Source: Raillietiella orientalis (Eukaryota). Taken from it: a DNA stretch of 64,000 bases. The translations under genes and the position numbers were made by a program. A model generated the notes under the pieces. That model made no database searches. It was not told where the DNA came from and worked only from the letters and a program-made list of their open reading frames with translations. The stretch covers positions 1,488,001-1,552,000 of the forward strand of contig JAYWIR010000018.1 of the NCBI GenBank assembly GCA_036172245.1. Direction: 5' to 3'. This document shows, piece by piece, positions 25,201 through 39,460 of this stretch. Each line of letters opens with the position of its first letter. The first letter of the stretch is position 1.

Positions 25201-28200
25201 GCTCCCCTCCCTCTCCCGAAGGCTGTGTCGGACACGCTCCCCCTCGTTTTCCCGCCTTCCTCGTGAGACGTCGCCTCTCGCGCTCCAGCTTGGGGCGGGG
25301 GTCCCGGAGCGCGTGCGCTTCGGATGCTGGGAATATTCCTGGCGCTCGTGACCGGCGAATCGATGCGGTTTCCATGGTTCCCGTCTGCAGAAGGACTGGG
25401 AAGGCGAGAGGAGGGGGTGGAGAGGGAAGGGGAAGCGCCGCTTCCTCGGACGGCGGCCAGCAGGAGAACCCACCAGCGAGCCGCTGTTGCCGCCGTCGCT
25501 CCCCGGGAAGGAGAAGTGAAGGGAGGGAAGGCGGTGGCGGCACAAAAAAGGGGCGTGGCAAGCAGCAGGGACATGAGGTGGGGGAGGGCTGCGAGGACCC
25601 ATCCCCCGTTCAGCCCTCTCTTCGTCCTTCCAGTGGCTCTACACTTTGATCTTAGCCAAAAGGCCACACGTCGCGCCTTCGGGGGTCCCCCACATCCCGC
25701 GAAGAGGGCTGCTGGCAAGAAACATCTCCCCTTTCTTTCTCGGATGCGATCCCGTGCGCAAGGGGGAGCTTGTCGCACCTGGAGGGAGAGCGAAACACGC
25801 TATGGGAGGCCATTCCTGCCTCTCGCTCGCGCCTCCGGAGACCCCCGGGTGACCCCGGAGGACGCGTCCATTCAGAGTTCCGAAAATTAGGAGCAGAACG
25901 GGGGCCGTCGAGTGCCACGCACTCCGAGTGCCGGGTCACGGAAGGTGCGCAGGAAGCGCTTGGTCAGCGCCCAGGGGGCGGTGCATCCCTCCTTCGAGGA
26001 CGAGGTGCCGGCGTTTTGCCTTTCCAGAGGCGATCGTCCCATCCTGCCCAGCATCTGGTCCAAGCTGAGATCAAGTTGTGCCTGCAGCCCTGCTCAGTCT
26101 CCTGGGAGGTGTCCTCTCAGGCTCCGCAGGCACAACGGGGAGAGGAGGAAAGGCACAGGCTCTTGAATCCCTGAGAGGACAAGCTGGACTGGAGAAGGGA
26201 ATGTCTCCAGGGGAACGTCCTTCTGCACATGCAAGTGGTCGAAAGAGTGGGGGTCTTCCGAAAATCTGGGCGTGAGAGGTTCGCTCGCGCAACGTCCTCG
26301 GTGCCTGGAAGCAGCTACCCTGGCAGGAGAGCACGGCTCCCTTGGAGAAGTTCCCCTCATGCTTTCCGCCTCTTCCCTCTCCCCTTCTGTCCTTGGCGCA
26401 CCCCATACCCCTACCCCCAGCGTGGTGTTTGGGTTTCTGAGATTTTCAAGGACCCAGCCGTGTCGCTTTCCTCCGAAAAGTCGCCCGAGGCACGGAACTT
26501 CCGGGTAACGAGTCGCCGGTGCGGGCCCCAGCCCTTGCAGGAGGCACGGCTCTCCAAACATGCGCCCTCAAGCAATTCTAGGGGACCAGGGGAGGGAACT
26601 TCTTCGGAAGAGCCACGTGGGCATCCCAGCTCCCATCCCGAAGCCGACGGCGAGGAGCCACGAGGGATGCTGGGAGGAGAAACGGGAGCATGTGCCCGCG
26701 CAAGCAGGCTCATGGCGGGTTTCTCTCCTCGGGGCCCTTAGGGACGTTCAGAAGCCGCCCGCCCTGCGCCGGGCAGACAAAGCGAGAGTGGCTCGGACCC
26801 GACTTTCCCGCCCTCTGGAGGGAAAGGCAAAAGGAGCGCTTTAATGCCTCGCGTGGAACACTGCGGGCTTCTTACGGGCTTCTCACGGCCGGCGCCTGTC
26901 TCCACGGACGCCTATTGTCGTCAGCATCCGTTGCCGCGGGGACACCTGCTGCCGCGAGCATCTGCCGCTATGGTCGCCTATTGTTGCGGCGCATCGGATC
27001 CATTCTTGCGGACTCGCGCGCCTGCCGATGCGGTTGCGCGTCAACATTGTTGTCAGCAGAGAAGGGAGGGCATCCGTGGCAATGGGTATCCACGGTCGCT
27101 GGTCGATGCCTATTGGTAAGGATGCCTCAGCGCACACTGAACAAGGGCCCGATACTTCGATCAGTACCCGGCCCTCGCAAAAAAGAGTACCAGCAGGATA
27201 GCGCCAGCGATCTCAGAGCAATATTGCATGCAATTTTTGTTTTTTTTTCGGGGATGCGGCAAGACTTCGCCGCCCCTTGCGGTTCGAGTCCAGCTGTGAA
27301 GCGCGGACTCCCAGAGGAGCGGGGCTCCCATTCCCTGAGCCGCCGCCGGCAACCTCGTCAGGCAGAGCGGCGTCTCGAGAGACCGCTTGCAGCTGCGCTT
27401 CCGTCGAGAAAGGAAATTCAAGGAGACCCCCCCTCCCATCCACCCTCTGCCGCGGCAGTACTCCGCCGTCCCTTAAGGAGGGGGGGAGTCTGTCCATGAG
27501 AGCAGACGAGCCGCTGCCGCCACCTGCCGGTTACGCCGGTGACGTAACTCCTAGGCGTCACTCCTTGTGTGGCCCCCTATGTCGCAAGAGCTCCTGGGAA
27601 CGCGTTTCGAAACGGCGCGCCGCGCGGCCGGATTGGGAAACCGGCCGGACTGCTGAGGTGCGATTCGGCTCCCAGGAGCAAGGGACGATCCCCGCTCTGG
27701 ATGGGGTATTTGGGGTAGGAATTTTTCCTTTTCCTTCCATCTTTTTCCTCGTTCCCCTCCCGGCAGGCGTTTGGAGACTCCCGAGGTGCTTCTCAGAGGA
27801 ACTCCGCTCCTGGGAGCACCGGGAAGAGACCATGGGGGAGGCGCCATGGTCTCCGGAAGCACCGACCAATCCCTCGATGCCCTGTGCGAGTTCCTGCCTT
27901 CCTCTTCCTACGCTACTCCCAGTCTATTCGACCTCTCCGAGAGAGGACAAGAGAGTCCCTCGTTTCTTCCAGGCTCCCGGTCTCGGACCAGTTCAGAAAA
28001 CTAGAGTAGAATCCCTGAGCTTCCGGAATGGAGGGGAGGCAGTGGGAAGGAAAGTCTACCACCGGTCGAGAATCCAGCAGGACGATTGGGATGCTCTTGG
28101 CTGATAAACGAACGCTTCCGGGATGAGGCTCTCGCCCTATTCTGGAAGAAAGGAGGAGAGGCCGCGAAGCTCCCGGTGGGCTATGGACCGTCCCGGGGTT

Positions 28201-31102
28201 CGTCGGGAAGCGTGCCCGGAAAATTCGCGGTTTCCGGAAAGCTGAGGGCATGAGGACAGCGAGAAGAGGAGAGTTTCTTCCCCTCTCCCTCCCTCCTGCC
28301 TCATTCCCAGGGAAGAGGCGTCTCCTGTGGGCGTCTCTTAGTTCGGAAACACCACGAGGAAACCCGGTCCTTCCCATTCGGGAGAGGCATCCAGGAGTCG
28401 AATCCCCGTCCCTTCCTCCTTCTGAATAGCGGGGCTCTCTGTTCCGGGAGTTCGTGCCATTCCTCATCAACTTCCAGGAAAGTCCCCTGCTTTCCTTCGT
28501 CGCGGTGGCGATGGCGATAGAGAGTGATGAGAATCCGTTCTTCCCTTCCCTTACACCACGGTCTCATCTTTCTCTCCTCAACAATCCCCTCTGCCTGCGG
28601 CTTCACTCCCATCCCATCCGCCCGGCGGCGAGGGACAATGCTGGATGGAAAGAGAAGCGGCAGGTTTTTCTCGAGAGGCTCCCTTGGGAAATCGGAAGAT
28701 TTCCCAAAGGAGCAGCAGTCTGAAAGCTGTGATTCTCTTCTCCTCGGTCCTAGCTGACCATCGCCGGGATCTTCTGGCTTCCTCCTCTCGGAATGGTAAT
28801 CCTGCTGGAACGGCCCTGAGGCATTTGGACGGTACACGGGTCAACCGCAGGCGTCTCTCGTCTGAGCGTTCCCTTCTTGAGGGTCCGTGCCCGTTTGGGA
28901 CTCCCGGGAGCACCCGGTTACCTCTTCCTGGAGGAGTCAAGCAACCAGCCAGCGATGACAGCGCCATGTGGACGGTCGCTGAACCGTTCTCTGGATCCCT
29001 TTCTCCCTCTTTGCAGGAGGGGAGCTCGTCCGGAGAGCCATTTAGTTTTCTGCGGATTTCCAGGTTAGGGCGAGGGGAGAGGGTTCGTGCAAACTGGAGA
29101 TCAGCGTGGTCGAGGTCTCGTTTGAAGGCCGGCACAAAACAGGTCGTCTGCCACGTGATCTCCCTCATCGGCAAGAGGATCGCCACCTACCCTTCCCCTC
29201 GATTGCGCCTCTCCTGTTGAGAAGAAAGGAGGGATTTACGTCATCTTCTCAGCCTATTCTATCACCTCGGTTCACCCTCACGATGCAGTTGGGAGATTCG
29301 TGGTGTCTCCTTCGGTCACGGGCGATGTCCCGGTCGGTTGAATCAGTGCTGGTCACGGCGTCCTCAAGAGTCCAGTGTGCTTGGGCACACTGGATCCCTT
29401 TCGATGTCTTGTGCCTGTCTCCCCGGCAGTTCTTCGAGCGCTTTGTCCTCTGCGAGATCCCAGGACCCCAGGGACTCTTAAGGCGAACGCTCTTGCAGAT
29501 ACGAACGTTCCTTCCGTGTGTCCCGAATAAGGGAGATCATGGACCGCGCCCGTCCCTTCTTCCTGCTTGAGCTCTCTAGCGCCGTCGCTGCATATCCGTA
29601 ACGGGGAGGGTGTCCAGCGACAATCCATTCGAAGAAGGGATGCCACCATCCTCCCTGCTGAGGCCAACTTTCTCAACAGGGACCTCCATCATCCGTCATC
29701 GCTACCACGCGCCGAAGAAGCACTCGAAGAAGAGCGATGGAGAACGGCAGAGGAAGAAGCCAACGAGCCGAGGACGAGAAGGATCGTCGCGCTTAACTGC
29801 ACCCACTAGCACTGACATCCACTAGTGGATGCCAGAGCACCAGATGCCAGATGCCCTCCATCGATTCGGACCGCTGCCTATCTGAAGAGAAATCTCTCGA
29901 AAGCTCCTTTGGACATCTCGAAGTGGAGAGCGGCCAGTCTTCTCCGCCTTGCCCTGCTTTTGGAGTCGTTGATGGATATTCGAGAGGAGATATTGGGTGT
30001 CCAGAATCACATATCCTCCCTCTTCCCTGGAGCACAAGGGTTCGACTTAAGTTCTGAACCTGTTCCCGGAATGGGGCTGACCGGATGCCGCTCCGAATGT
30101 TCCTTGGCGGCCCTTCTGATCTGGACCGAACCGAAAAGACGCCACGGCAGTTCGTCCTCCTGCAGAGAGAGAACAAACCTTCTGCATTCGGAAAGGAAGC
30201 ATCCTGGGAGGCGCCCGAAAGACGTTGGCGGGGAGAGATCTTTGCGCCTTTGTCCTCCCTTAAGTCCACCAAGCCACCACTCCTTGCGGTTCCGAACGAG
30301 GGTCGTCATCTCCCTCTCAGAAGAGAGAGAGGCAAGACCCGAGTCCCGAACGCAGCCCCGCGGGGGAGCAAGCGGGACGAGCCAACTGATTTGGTGGCGC
30401 AGCTGCTCAGAGAGCGCACAACTGGAGGCACAGGGCCAGACATTCCAGAAAGAAGAGCGAGGGAACTCCGGTGAAATCGGGGGGGGTTGATGGGGGATCA
30501 CGGGGAAGCAAAGGGCGGGTGCGAATCAAGGGAGAGTGGGAAGCGCTCTTCTTTGGGAGCAGGGAGCCCCATCCACACGACTCGCGACCTTCAAAGAGTT
30601 CGGGTGCCGATCTGGGGTTTCCGGTTGTCCATCTACCGGGCTGCTTCGAGAGTCGCGAAGTGAGGACGGGACACCGACCCATCCTCGTGAGAGCCCACCG
30701 ACCGGGACTACCGGGCACACCGAGGAGGTATCCCGTAGCAACCCATCCCGGGCGCTGGTTCGCTCCAGCGGAGCTCCAGCGCTTCGAATGTCATGGGTAG
30801 CAGCAAAAAGGGTTGCTCAGGGTAATTGGTCAAATAGACCGAGTGGCGGGAATTATTGATGGAACTGGGAGAAGCTTCTTTGCCCTCTCCAGAGATTCCA
30901 TCACGCACCTTCCTTGTTTCCCAAGAGCACTACGGCTGGACCTCCCACTTTCGTCCCCCTTTGTTTTTCCTGCTAAGGTCAGCTCGTTGGCAACCCAGTT
31001 AGGAACTGCGCACTCCCCCACCATTCCGGATGCTGATACCCCGGAACGAAGGGATGATGGAATTTTTTTCGGGTTCTGCTGCCTCGCTGCTTTTCTTCCA
31101 CC

Positions 31103-31710
31103 TTTTTTCATTCCTTTTTTTCTTCTTGGCTCTCAAAGAATGCTGAAGAGCCGTTCGCCTCCTCAGGGAAGGTTCACGAAGCTCTTGGAACGCTGTCCAT
31201 GCCACCCTCGAGGGTGCACGTAAATCTTCAGGTTAGAGGGGTAACACCGGAGGGCCTCCCTATGAATCCAGGAGGCTCCAGAGGAAGGAGTCCGTTGCCC
31301 TTATTCTTGGGAGGGAGTCCCGAACGGAACCCACGCCCTGGTTGTCACCGAAGGGCTTATTCTCTCGGGATCCCTGGTAAGGAAACCGCTCCTTCTTTCC
31401 CCTCTGAAGAGGACCCTTAAGGGGGATGCTTCCCAATTTCTCGAAGCAAGCAGGGCCCTCTTACACTCTGGAAAAAGCAACCCCCTAGGGTGGTATCAAC
31501 CAGCTCCATGGTAGCGCGACGGTACGGCTTCATTCTCACAACCGGAAGGGAACTCCTCGACCCCTTGATTCCCGGAAGGGTCGACTTCCAATCCCGGCCA
31601 GTCAACAGGAGCATCCGGCTTCCACCAGTTCTGCACCCGAAACCTTCAGGCCAACCAGTGTCATCTTGCGGACGGGAATCGAAACCCACGACTACGACTC
31701 ACCACCTCTC
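31103..31710 (-). mobile_element. Diverged tRNA-derived SINE-like element, copy 1
   Basis: B-box-like GGGTTTCGATTCCC on minus (31687-31674). A body of about 500 bp is collinear with 55634-56186 and the head matches 56688-56770. The A-rich tail on minus appears as a T-tract at 31103-31127. Confidence 0.6.
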
Positions 31711-34700
31711 CTTGGCTTGATCCTTCCCCCGGCGGAATTATAACGCGCGCCGCTCGGTGTCACGCGTGGAGCCGCAATTGCACGGCTGCCCAAGCGGGCG
31801 TGAGGCTACGGAAGGGAATGAGCTAAAGAGGTTGGAGGAGTGTGTTCTGAGGACCACTCCGCTAGGGAGGCTAATAGGACGCAGGGCTTTGAGCCTTGAG
31901 TCCGAAAAATCGGTTTCGCGTCTCCTGGAGAAAGGGTCCCGGCTGGCATCCGATCAAACAGCCGCTGCGACCGGCGGCGCGGTCTTCTGCTCCCCTCCAG
32001 AAAGGAGGCGCAACCGCTGAGTAGGCGGCAGACGAATCCCATCCGGGAGTCGCTGAAGCTGCTAAGAAGGAGGCTCGAGGGTTTGTCTTCTTCTCCTTCG
32101 AGGGTGACGCCAGTACTCCCTGAACGCTCGAGGGACTGGAATGTCGCTGTGCCTGCTCGCAGCCACTCCGACGGATTCGAGCGTCACATCGGCCACGTCA
32201 GGGATCCCAGTGGAACGTGGCTCAAGTTGAGCAGGGGGAGCAGTTCTTCCACTTTCAAGACGAAGAGGTAGCTTCGGAGATTTGATTTCCCGGAATAGAG
32301 GTGACTTTCTAATCCTGGAATGTGCCCGTGGGGTGGGGATGGAGGTCAGAGGGATGCTCGCAGGAGATCGGAGTGTTCGACACGGGAAGAGGGAACTTTC
32401 CGACTGCAGCTCCGTAGAGCGCGGCGAGTTGTCCCGCGCTTTGAAAGGGGTGTGGGGCCGTGGACCTCGCGGTCCGGAATCCGGGAGGGAGAAGAAAGGG
32501 ATAAAACCTCACGCACCCTTCCAAAGCAGCGTGTTCTGGGCGGATGGGAGAAGGCTGCCGTCCTGGAGACCGGCTCGGGTCGGAGTGGAGTGATGCTGGT
32601 CAGGAGGCGGCGGCGGTGAGTGAGCAACCGCGGAGGCGGCGGTTGCTCACTTCCCTGACGACGCCCAGCCCGCTCCGCTACGTCCCTGACCTCCTGTCCG
32701 CTTTTCATCTTCCTAACTCCTTTCGGATCTTTTACATCTGGTAATTTTTTTTTTCTCTTGCACTCTCGGAAACACTCGGAGTGCCCCATTAGTGTGGAGA
32801 ATGAACTGATGACGACGGCAGCGCCATTATCGCGCTGCTAATAGCGTCAGCGCTAGCGCCGCCGATGCTAGTGATCGTAATCATGACGGTAATGATAAAC
32901 ATGACAGAGACGATGGTGACGATGATGTAGTCCGTGCCTAGCGTTCACATTTCGTTTCAGCCTCAGAGGGATGGTATTAAATTATTGTTATTATTACTCT
33001 TAATGGCTCCGCGGGGTGCTGAAGATGCACTTCTGGCACTCTTGCGGTTCTCCACCTCTCCCGGCTGCAACGCCGGATGCCTTGGTCGGAAAGACGGACA
33101 TGCATCTTCCCACTGTTCTCTCCTGGAACACGGAGCTCCAGAGCCTCAGCTGTCCGTGAAAGATCAGATCGAAAGGAGTGCAGGATGCTGGCGGATGCGC
33201 ATGAGGGGGGGGGGGAAGGAGCAAGGAGCTGACTTTGGGAGGGGATGGACGCGCATGACGGAAAGATCTCAGCAGCCAGACGCGGGAGGGTGGAGGTGGG
33301 CAGGAGAACAACAAAGAGGGAGGAGCCCTCCGTCTCTCTTCACAAGGTGCGTCTCCGCTTCGAGAGCTGCGCTCTCGTGGGCGCATGTCCTCGTGCACCG
33401 TCGTTCCCTGAGCGATTCTTCGGAAAGCCGAAGACGGAGGGTGCAAGTGGCGAGTGGGGAGGGCAAAGAGAAGCAGCTCGGGGGATGCAAGGGGTCCCCA
33501 TGACAGCGCCATGCAAGCAGTCAGACGAGTCCTGCGCGCGCCACAGAGGCATCGCAGTCGCCGCGTTCCCGTTTCGTCTTCCGGAAGTCCGCTGGACGCT
33601 CGCATGCCTCCAGGCTGAGCAGGGAGTCCTGCCCGGGATCGAGGTGGACCACTGCGCACCCTGCAAGACCCCGTGCGGCATCCTGGTTGGCAACCCGTCT
33701 TCCATGAGATGCTTCCGCTATCCGGCACTCCTGCAGAGGCGAGCGAAGGCAACATGTCTCTGATCTCAGGGGAGAGTTCCTTGCGCTGGAAGGCCTGGCA
33801 TTTCCTCTGGACCCACTGTGAAAGTCTGCTCACAGGCAAGTCCAGTCAGGAATCCACCTTCCTGGATGAGAAACGCTAGACGGAGCCCGGCGTCCATCTT
33901 TCGGTTTGTGCCCTCTTCGTTTTCTAGTTTGCGTTTTTTTTTTTCGGAGGGAGGGGGGTTTCTTTCATGTTCTTGCAAAATCTACCGCCCATTTTCCCTG
34001 AAAGCTTCTTTCGACGGGCGTCCACTGAATTTCTTGGCAAGAGGGAATCCATCCGTGCTTTCCAGTTCCCCCAAAGCTTCGTCCTCGTGAAAGGGGAGGG
34101 AACTGGAAATGAGGCATTCCAGGATACGAAAAACGTTTTTTTTTTTTCGTTTTCTTCGAAACGTTCCCGATGAAATTGCCCCGACTGCGTGGGATTAATG
34201 GTGATGATGATTCATGATGCTTTGGGTATACTGTTGGAAGAGCTTCAGCCTTCCTCTTCATCTTCATGGCTGCCGTTGCCTAGAATCGAGGCCTTCCTCC
34301 GCTCCTGTTTTTCCAGTTCCATCCACCACCACAGACTTGGTTCCCTCTCTCTCCTTCCGGGAACTTCTCTTTGATCCGCTGCTAGTCTCGAGGGTGGCCA
34401 TCCCCGTGCGTGCGCCTTTCCTCGAGGCGTTTCCTGTTAGCTGTTCCTCACCGCGTCAGCTGCCCTTCCGGCGATTTCTCTGGGGAGCAAGCACGCTGGT
34501 CTCGGACACTCTGGAGGACTCTCTTCTTCCCCGGTGGCCTTTGGGGCCTCTCTGGAGCTGCTCGCCATCCGAGCATGCGGGTGGAACACGTCCGCGCCAG
34601 TCCGTGTCCACGCACGTCCACTTTCCCCGCGCACTTGTCAGAGCGCTCGTGGAACTTCATGCTAGTGGACGTCCACTCTGCACATGAACGCCTGTGCTGC

Positions 34701-37700
34701 AGCGCAGACGTCCGCCAAACGAGATGATCTCCCCTCCCACCTGATGAGTAGGCGGACGACCTGAGCAGGTCCTTCCAGGAACTGGGTGGCGGCTCGACGC
34801 TCTTTGATGTGTGTCGCTCAGACTCCTGATGACATACCGCGCGCAGAGCGCCTCGCTCGGAACGATCCACGCGTCTTGCGCTTCCAAAGCGCAAGAGAAC
34901 GAACTCGGTGTCGAAATGTTCCCCGGACGAAAGCACCGTCGCGCATTATTTTGGTGAGCACCTCCATCGTCGCTGTGCCCATTTTTCCCGGGGAACTGAC
35001 GCTCAAGCAGAGACGGTTTGGGATTTCTCTCCCCTGAAGGAATTCTCTCCTCCGAATTCCTCATACAGCTTCCTTTAGAAGGGATTCTGTTTTTGTTTCC
35101 CTTTTGCTGCTCCCTAACCTTGCTTCGCAGTCAGACCAGAGCAGCTCCGAGCAAATTTGAATATTACGGGCGTCATGGCAACGCAGCGCACCTGAAAATT
35201 AATGAACAGTACGGACCATCTGTGCCGGAGCGGAGAGGAACGTGCATTCCGGTTGAGCTCTGGCATTCAGGAAACACCAAACTTGTCTTCGCTGCTCCTT
35301 CGGTGATGAGTTCTGCGTTTCACGGATCAATGGAATGAAGGCGCAGAGTCCCGGGTGACGTCGTCTCACGTGGCACCGGGGACCGGGAATCGCGCAAAGT
35401 TCCTCCCGGACAGTCTCTCCAAGTCTCTCGCTCAAGTCTCTCCTTTCCGGAAGCGGCAGTCGAGCAGACAATCCAGATGTGCCACTCCGGTAGCGTTGCG
35501 CGAAAGAAGGCAACGCGCAGCACTCCTGTGAGACGTCGCAGACAACTCTGGGTCACTTTCGAGCATCCTCTGCGGCTGCTCGTTTATCTCGAGCGGGAAG
35601 GTGGATTCAAAAGAAAGGAGGTGCCTTCGCGAACTGCTGAGTCAAAGAAAAAAGAAGAGACAGTGGTGCCTGCTGAAGAAGGAGGGAAAGTCAAATGATT
35701 TTTGAGGGTTAAATTGACTCCGGGAGCTCTCTGATGAAGATCAGTTCAGCAGGAAAAAAAAAAAAAATTATCGTGTTATCGACCCGAAAAAATTCCTTAA
35801 TGAACACCTCGTTGGGCATCTGCTAGATCCTCTTGGATGATCCCATGAAGAAATCTCCCAGGAAGGCGCAGGGTCATCAGCTTGCACAGAGATGAACTTC
35901 TCTTCATGTCCAGAGGATATTCTTTGCAAAGACGGAGGTCTGCTCCTCTGTTTATTGCTGGTTGAAAACTTTCCGTTTCGTTGCGAGGACGCACCAGTCA
36001 GGTCAGAAAGCTTCCAATGGTTTTCAGAACACTCTGAGGGATCTCTGGTGTCCGGTCCCTTGGAGGTACTCGGATGCTGAGAACCCTCGTCGGGCGCATC
36101 AGATGAGGAGCCGAAGAAAGACAGACGGGAGGAACTCTGAAAGTCTTCAGGAAGAGACTCTGTTAGTGCCTATTTCACGAGCAGACGATTTCGGAATAAA
36201 AGGGAATGGCTATATTCACAGTGGAGATCCTGCAATTTTGTTCCGATGTGATTCCTGGACCTCTTCGATACTGCAGACGCGCCATTCGTCCTGAGGGTGG
36301 AAGGGTGGAGCGCGGTTGTCCCTCTCCCCCCTACGTAAGTGCCTGTCCTGGAAACGCCTGAGGTCATTTGCACTCTAGAACTCTTGCTCTGTCCATTGCC
36401 ATCCTCTTCGAGCTGAAGGTCGAATTCTTTTATTTTCCTCTTGAAGTTCTTTTTCCAGGTCTTCCACTCGGGAGATCCAAGGTCAGGAAAAAAAACCTGC
36501 CGGCTCCTGCCGCTTTCTGATAAGAAAATCGTGTCCCTTAGAAGGCGGAGGAATTATGCGGGAATTTAAGTTCGGGGGACTAGGTGAAACTCTCCGAGGA
36601 AAGCAGCTTGGCGACCCGCCTGGTTGTTTGGACATTTCTCCTGTCCTTTCCCCTGTCACTGGAGCCGTCCGGATGCTGATGGCAGCCTCTCTCAGCTCTC
36701 AGGAGCTCATTAACAATCTGCATGATATGCAAGCAACACCGAGGGAGCAACGGAGCAACCCCATTGCACCCTTTTTCCCCAGGATAGCTAGCGGAGGTGG
36801 CAGGAGAAAGCCGGTCGAAACCTGCAGATCTCCTGGACCCTCCCCTTCATGGGTAGATCAGACCCTGGGATCAAAGGACAGGACCGCTCGCTAGTCACAG
36901 ATGACGGACTTCTCGCCGCAGACAGCAGCCTTGAAGACGGGAGCTGCCACCTCGTAGCATCCGCGAGGCTACGAGAGTCCTGGCACAGCTGAAGAGGAAC
37001 TTAGGAAGGCCCGCTCTTCGACGCGTTCCCTCTCCCTACTCTTCGATAGGATCTTGCATGCGATGTCTTGGAAGCAGGAAGCTCGGTCTGCTTTCCTCTT
37101 GGGATACTCTCCCTCACCTTCCAGCATTCCTCCGCCCGTAAATGAAATTCTCCCTCCTTCCTCGCAGCCTCGCTCCTGAGGAGCGTCCTCTCAGGAAAGG
37201 CGCAGGTTCGGGTGGGAGGGAGAGAGGGATGAAAAAGACATTCCCTGACGGGAGCAGCCGCTTCCGTCTCTCTCTCGGACGCATTCCGCGGATATGTCCC
37301 GCGCCCCACCGTTCAAGACGGGGATGCTGCGGCGGCCGGCTCCCGTCCCAGGACGCAGCAGATGACGAAGCATCAGCAGCTCACATGCGCGCTTCCGGCG
37401 AAGATCGAAGACTGCTGAGACCACCGATGCCTTCCAGCTCGTGTGCGTCCTCCCCCTTTTCCCCCGCTTTGGTCCGCTGGCATTCAGGCAGTGATCACAA
37501 GCTGGCGCCAGCTGTATCAACAGGCCAAACTCCTTCCTCCCTCGAATTGCATTGGCACCACCAGACTGCCTATGTGTGGACTTCGTTCTTGCTGAGATCT
37601 CTTCTTCGTGGATTCCGAGAGTCTCTTCCGGAGTTTGCCTTCAGGAAGCTTGGAGGAGGAGGCAGCAGAGAAGCTCCCGGTCTTCTTCCTCTTTGGCACA

Positions 37701-39460
37701 GTTCGATTCATTTACAGGAAGCTCCTTTCCCCATCTTTCGGAAAACCAAACCCGCTTCCTCCTCTACTCCCCCCAGCTCTCACGTCCATCCTCACCCCTG
37801 CCCCGTCGGCGGCCAACTCTCGGAGATTCTCTGGAGGGATCCGGCGTTGGCAGCGAGCCGGTCCTTTCCGGTGGGAGGAGCAGCAGGGACGGATCGAGTC
37901 GCTGGATGGGACGCGTCCTTGCCCGAAGGAAGGAACCTTCTTTCCATTTCCTTCTCCTCCTCTTCCCTTCCTTCCCAGACGAACTCCCGGGGTGAAACGC
38001 GGCGCTGCGTCTGAGATAAAGCACTTCCAGCCAGTCACTCCCTGAGAGGAGAGCTGAGTTGGATGGGAGAAGGAGGAGGAAGTGTCTTCTCCACCGTCAT
38101 TTACTGCAAGACTGGAGTTTTTTTTTTCTTTCAGGAAGACTAAGGAACGAGATGGCGGCCCTCCCGACGTTGATTGAACTCCCACGGGGAGGCAGAGAAA
38201 GAGATGCTGCGCGCAGCCCTCCCGACGGCGAGGACGAGTTCAGTCCCGCCGTAGGGAGAGGTCTCCCGAGATCGTGCCGCAGTGTTTGCGCGCCGTGCAT
38301 CGTATTTTTATACGCGACCTCCCCGACTGGCTAGCTCTGGAAGTTGCAGCTCGCGTCATCAGCAGGACGAGCAGAGGATCCCTCTGGGCAACAAACGGCA
38401 AGTGGATCCCAGAATTCCCTTTCATCGTGTCGCTGTCCTTCCTTCCCTCTGTCCCTGATTCGACGAAGAGACCACCTGGGGAGAAGAGCTGCATGCAGGC
38501 AGGGAGGAGAGGGAGGAAGGTTCCCCCTTGCCCTCCCACTCTCCTCCTCTTCGGCAGCGGCGTTGTCAGGAGGACGAGAGAGGGCAGTGGGAGCGAGGTC
38601 TTTCCTCTTCGAGATACGCAGTGGCCTCTTTCCTCCCCTCATCCGTGGTTAGCGAGCAGCAAATTCAATAAAGATGCCGATCTTTTGTAGAGGGCAATTT
38701 TTTTCTTTCTTTTCTTTCTCTCTTTCTCTCCCTCTCCCTGTGATGATGATCCTGGACCATCAGTTCGCATAATTACTGCAGCTGCAGCTCGGGTGTGTGT
38801 GCTGCCTTGTCGCGGCAAGACAAAGGGGAGCGAAAGGCGGCGAAAGAATCAACTGCAGCTCGCTTTTTTATAACGACCGGTACGAAGGACGGAATGCGCG
38901 ACCCTCGTCCCCGCCGCGCGCGCTGCTGCCCGTCGCACCTCTTCTCGAGATGAAGACTGCAGTTCGCTCCCTCCACTCCGCCGTTTCCCGAGCGATCCCG
39001 TAGCCGCTCCGCCGACGTCGTCGCGCACGCCCTTTCGGGAAAACAGACGGGGAGTTGGAAAAACACTCTTCACCCCCGGGCATGCGAGCACCATGGTCGT
39101 CATGGCAGGGCGTCCTTCTCCTTTTCTTCCTCCCCATCCGGCGGAGCGGTGGTAGAGAGCCCGGTTCACTTCTCTGAAGGCCGAGCGACGGTCGCGTTCG
39201 CGTGTCTCCGTCTCCACACAATGCGGCAGAGCAGCCACAGTTTAGAGGAGCAAGCGCTCCGGCTACGGACACAATGCAGGCAGCAGCTTCACGACGCGAC
39301 ACGGCTCCAGCTTCAGGAAAACGAGACCGGGAGAGAGGTCAGACTGCCTTCAGCCCATTCTGTTTTCCAATAAGAAGGCAGGCCTGTCGAACAACATGGA
39401 CACTCGTTCGAGATTGCGCGCACGACGCGGAGCGCATGCGCGTGCACCACTGCAAGCGGC

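Noticed and set aside
27281..27291. Isolated B-box GGTTCGAGTCC
   Set aside because: No A box, cloverleaf or similarity to the SINE body.
32961..32973. Possible 13-nt plus-strand microexon (tttcag|cctcagagggatg|gtatta)
   Set aside because: Weak donor, non-3n length and no host gene identified.
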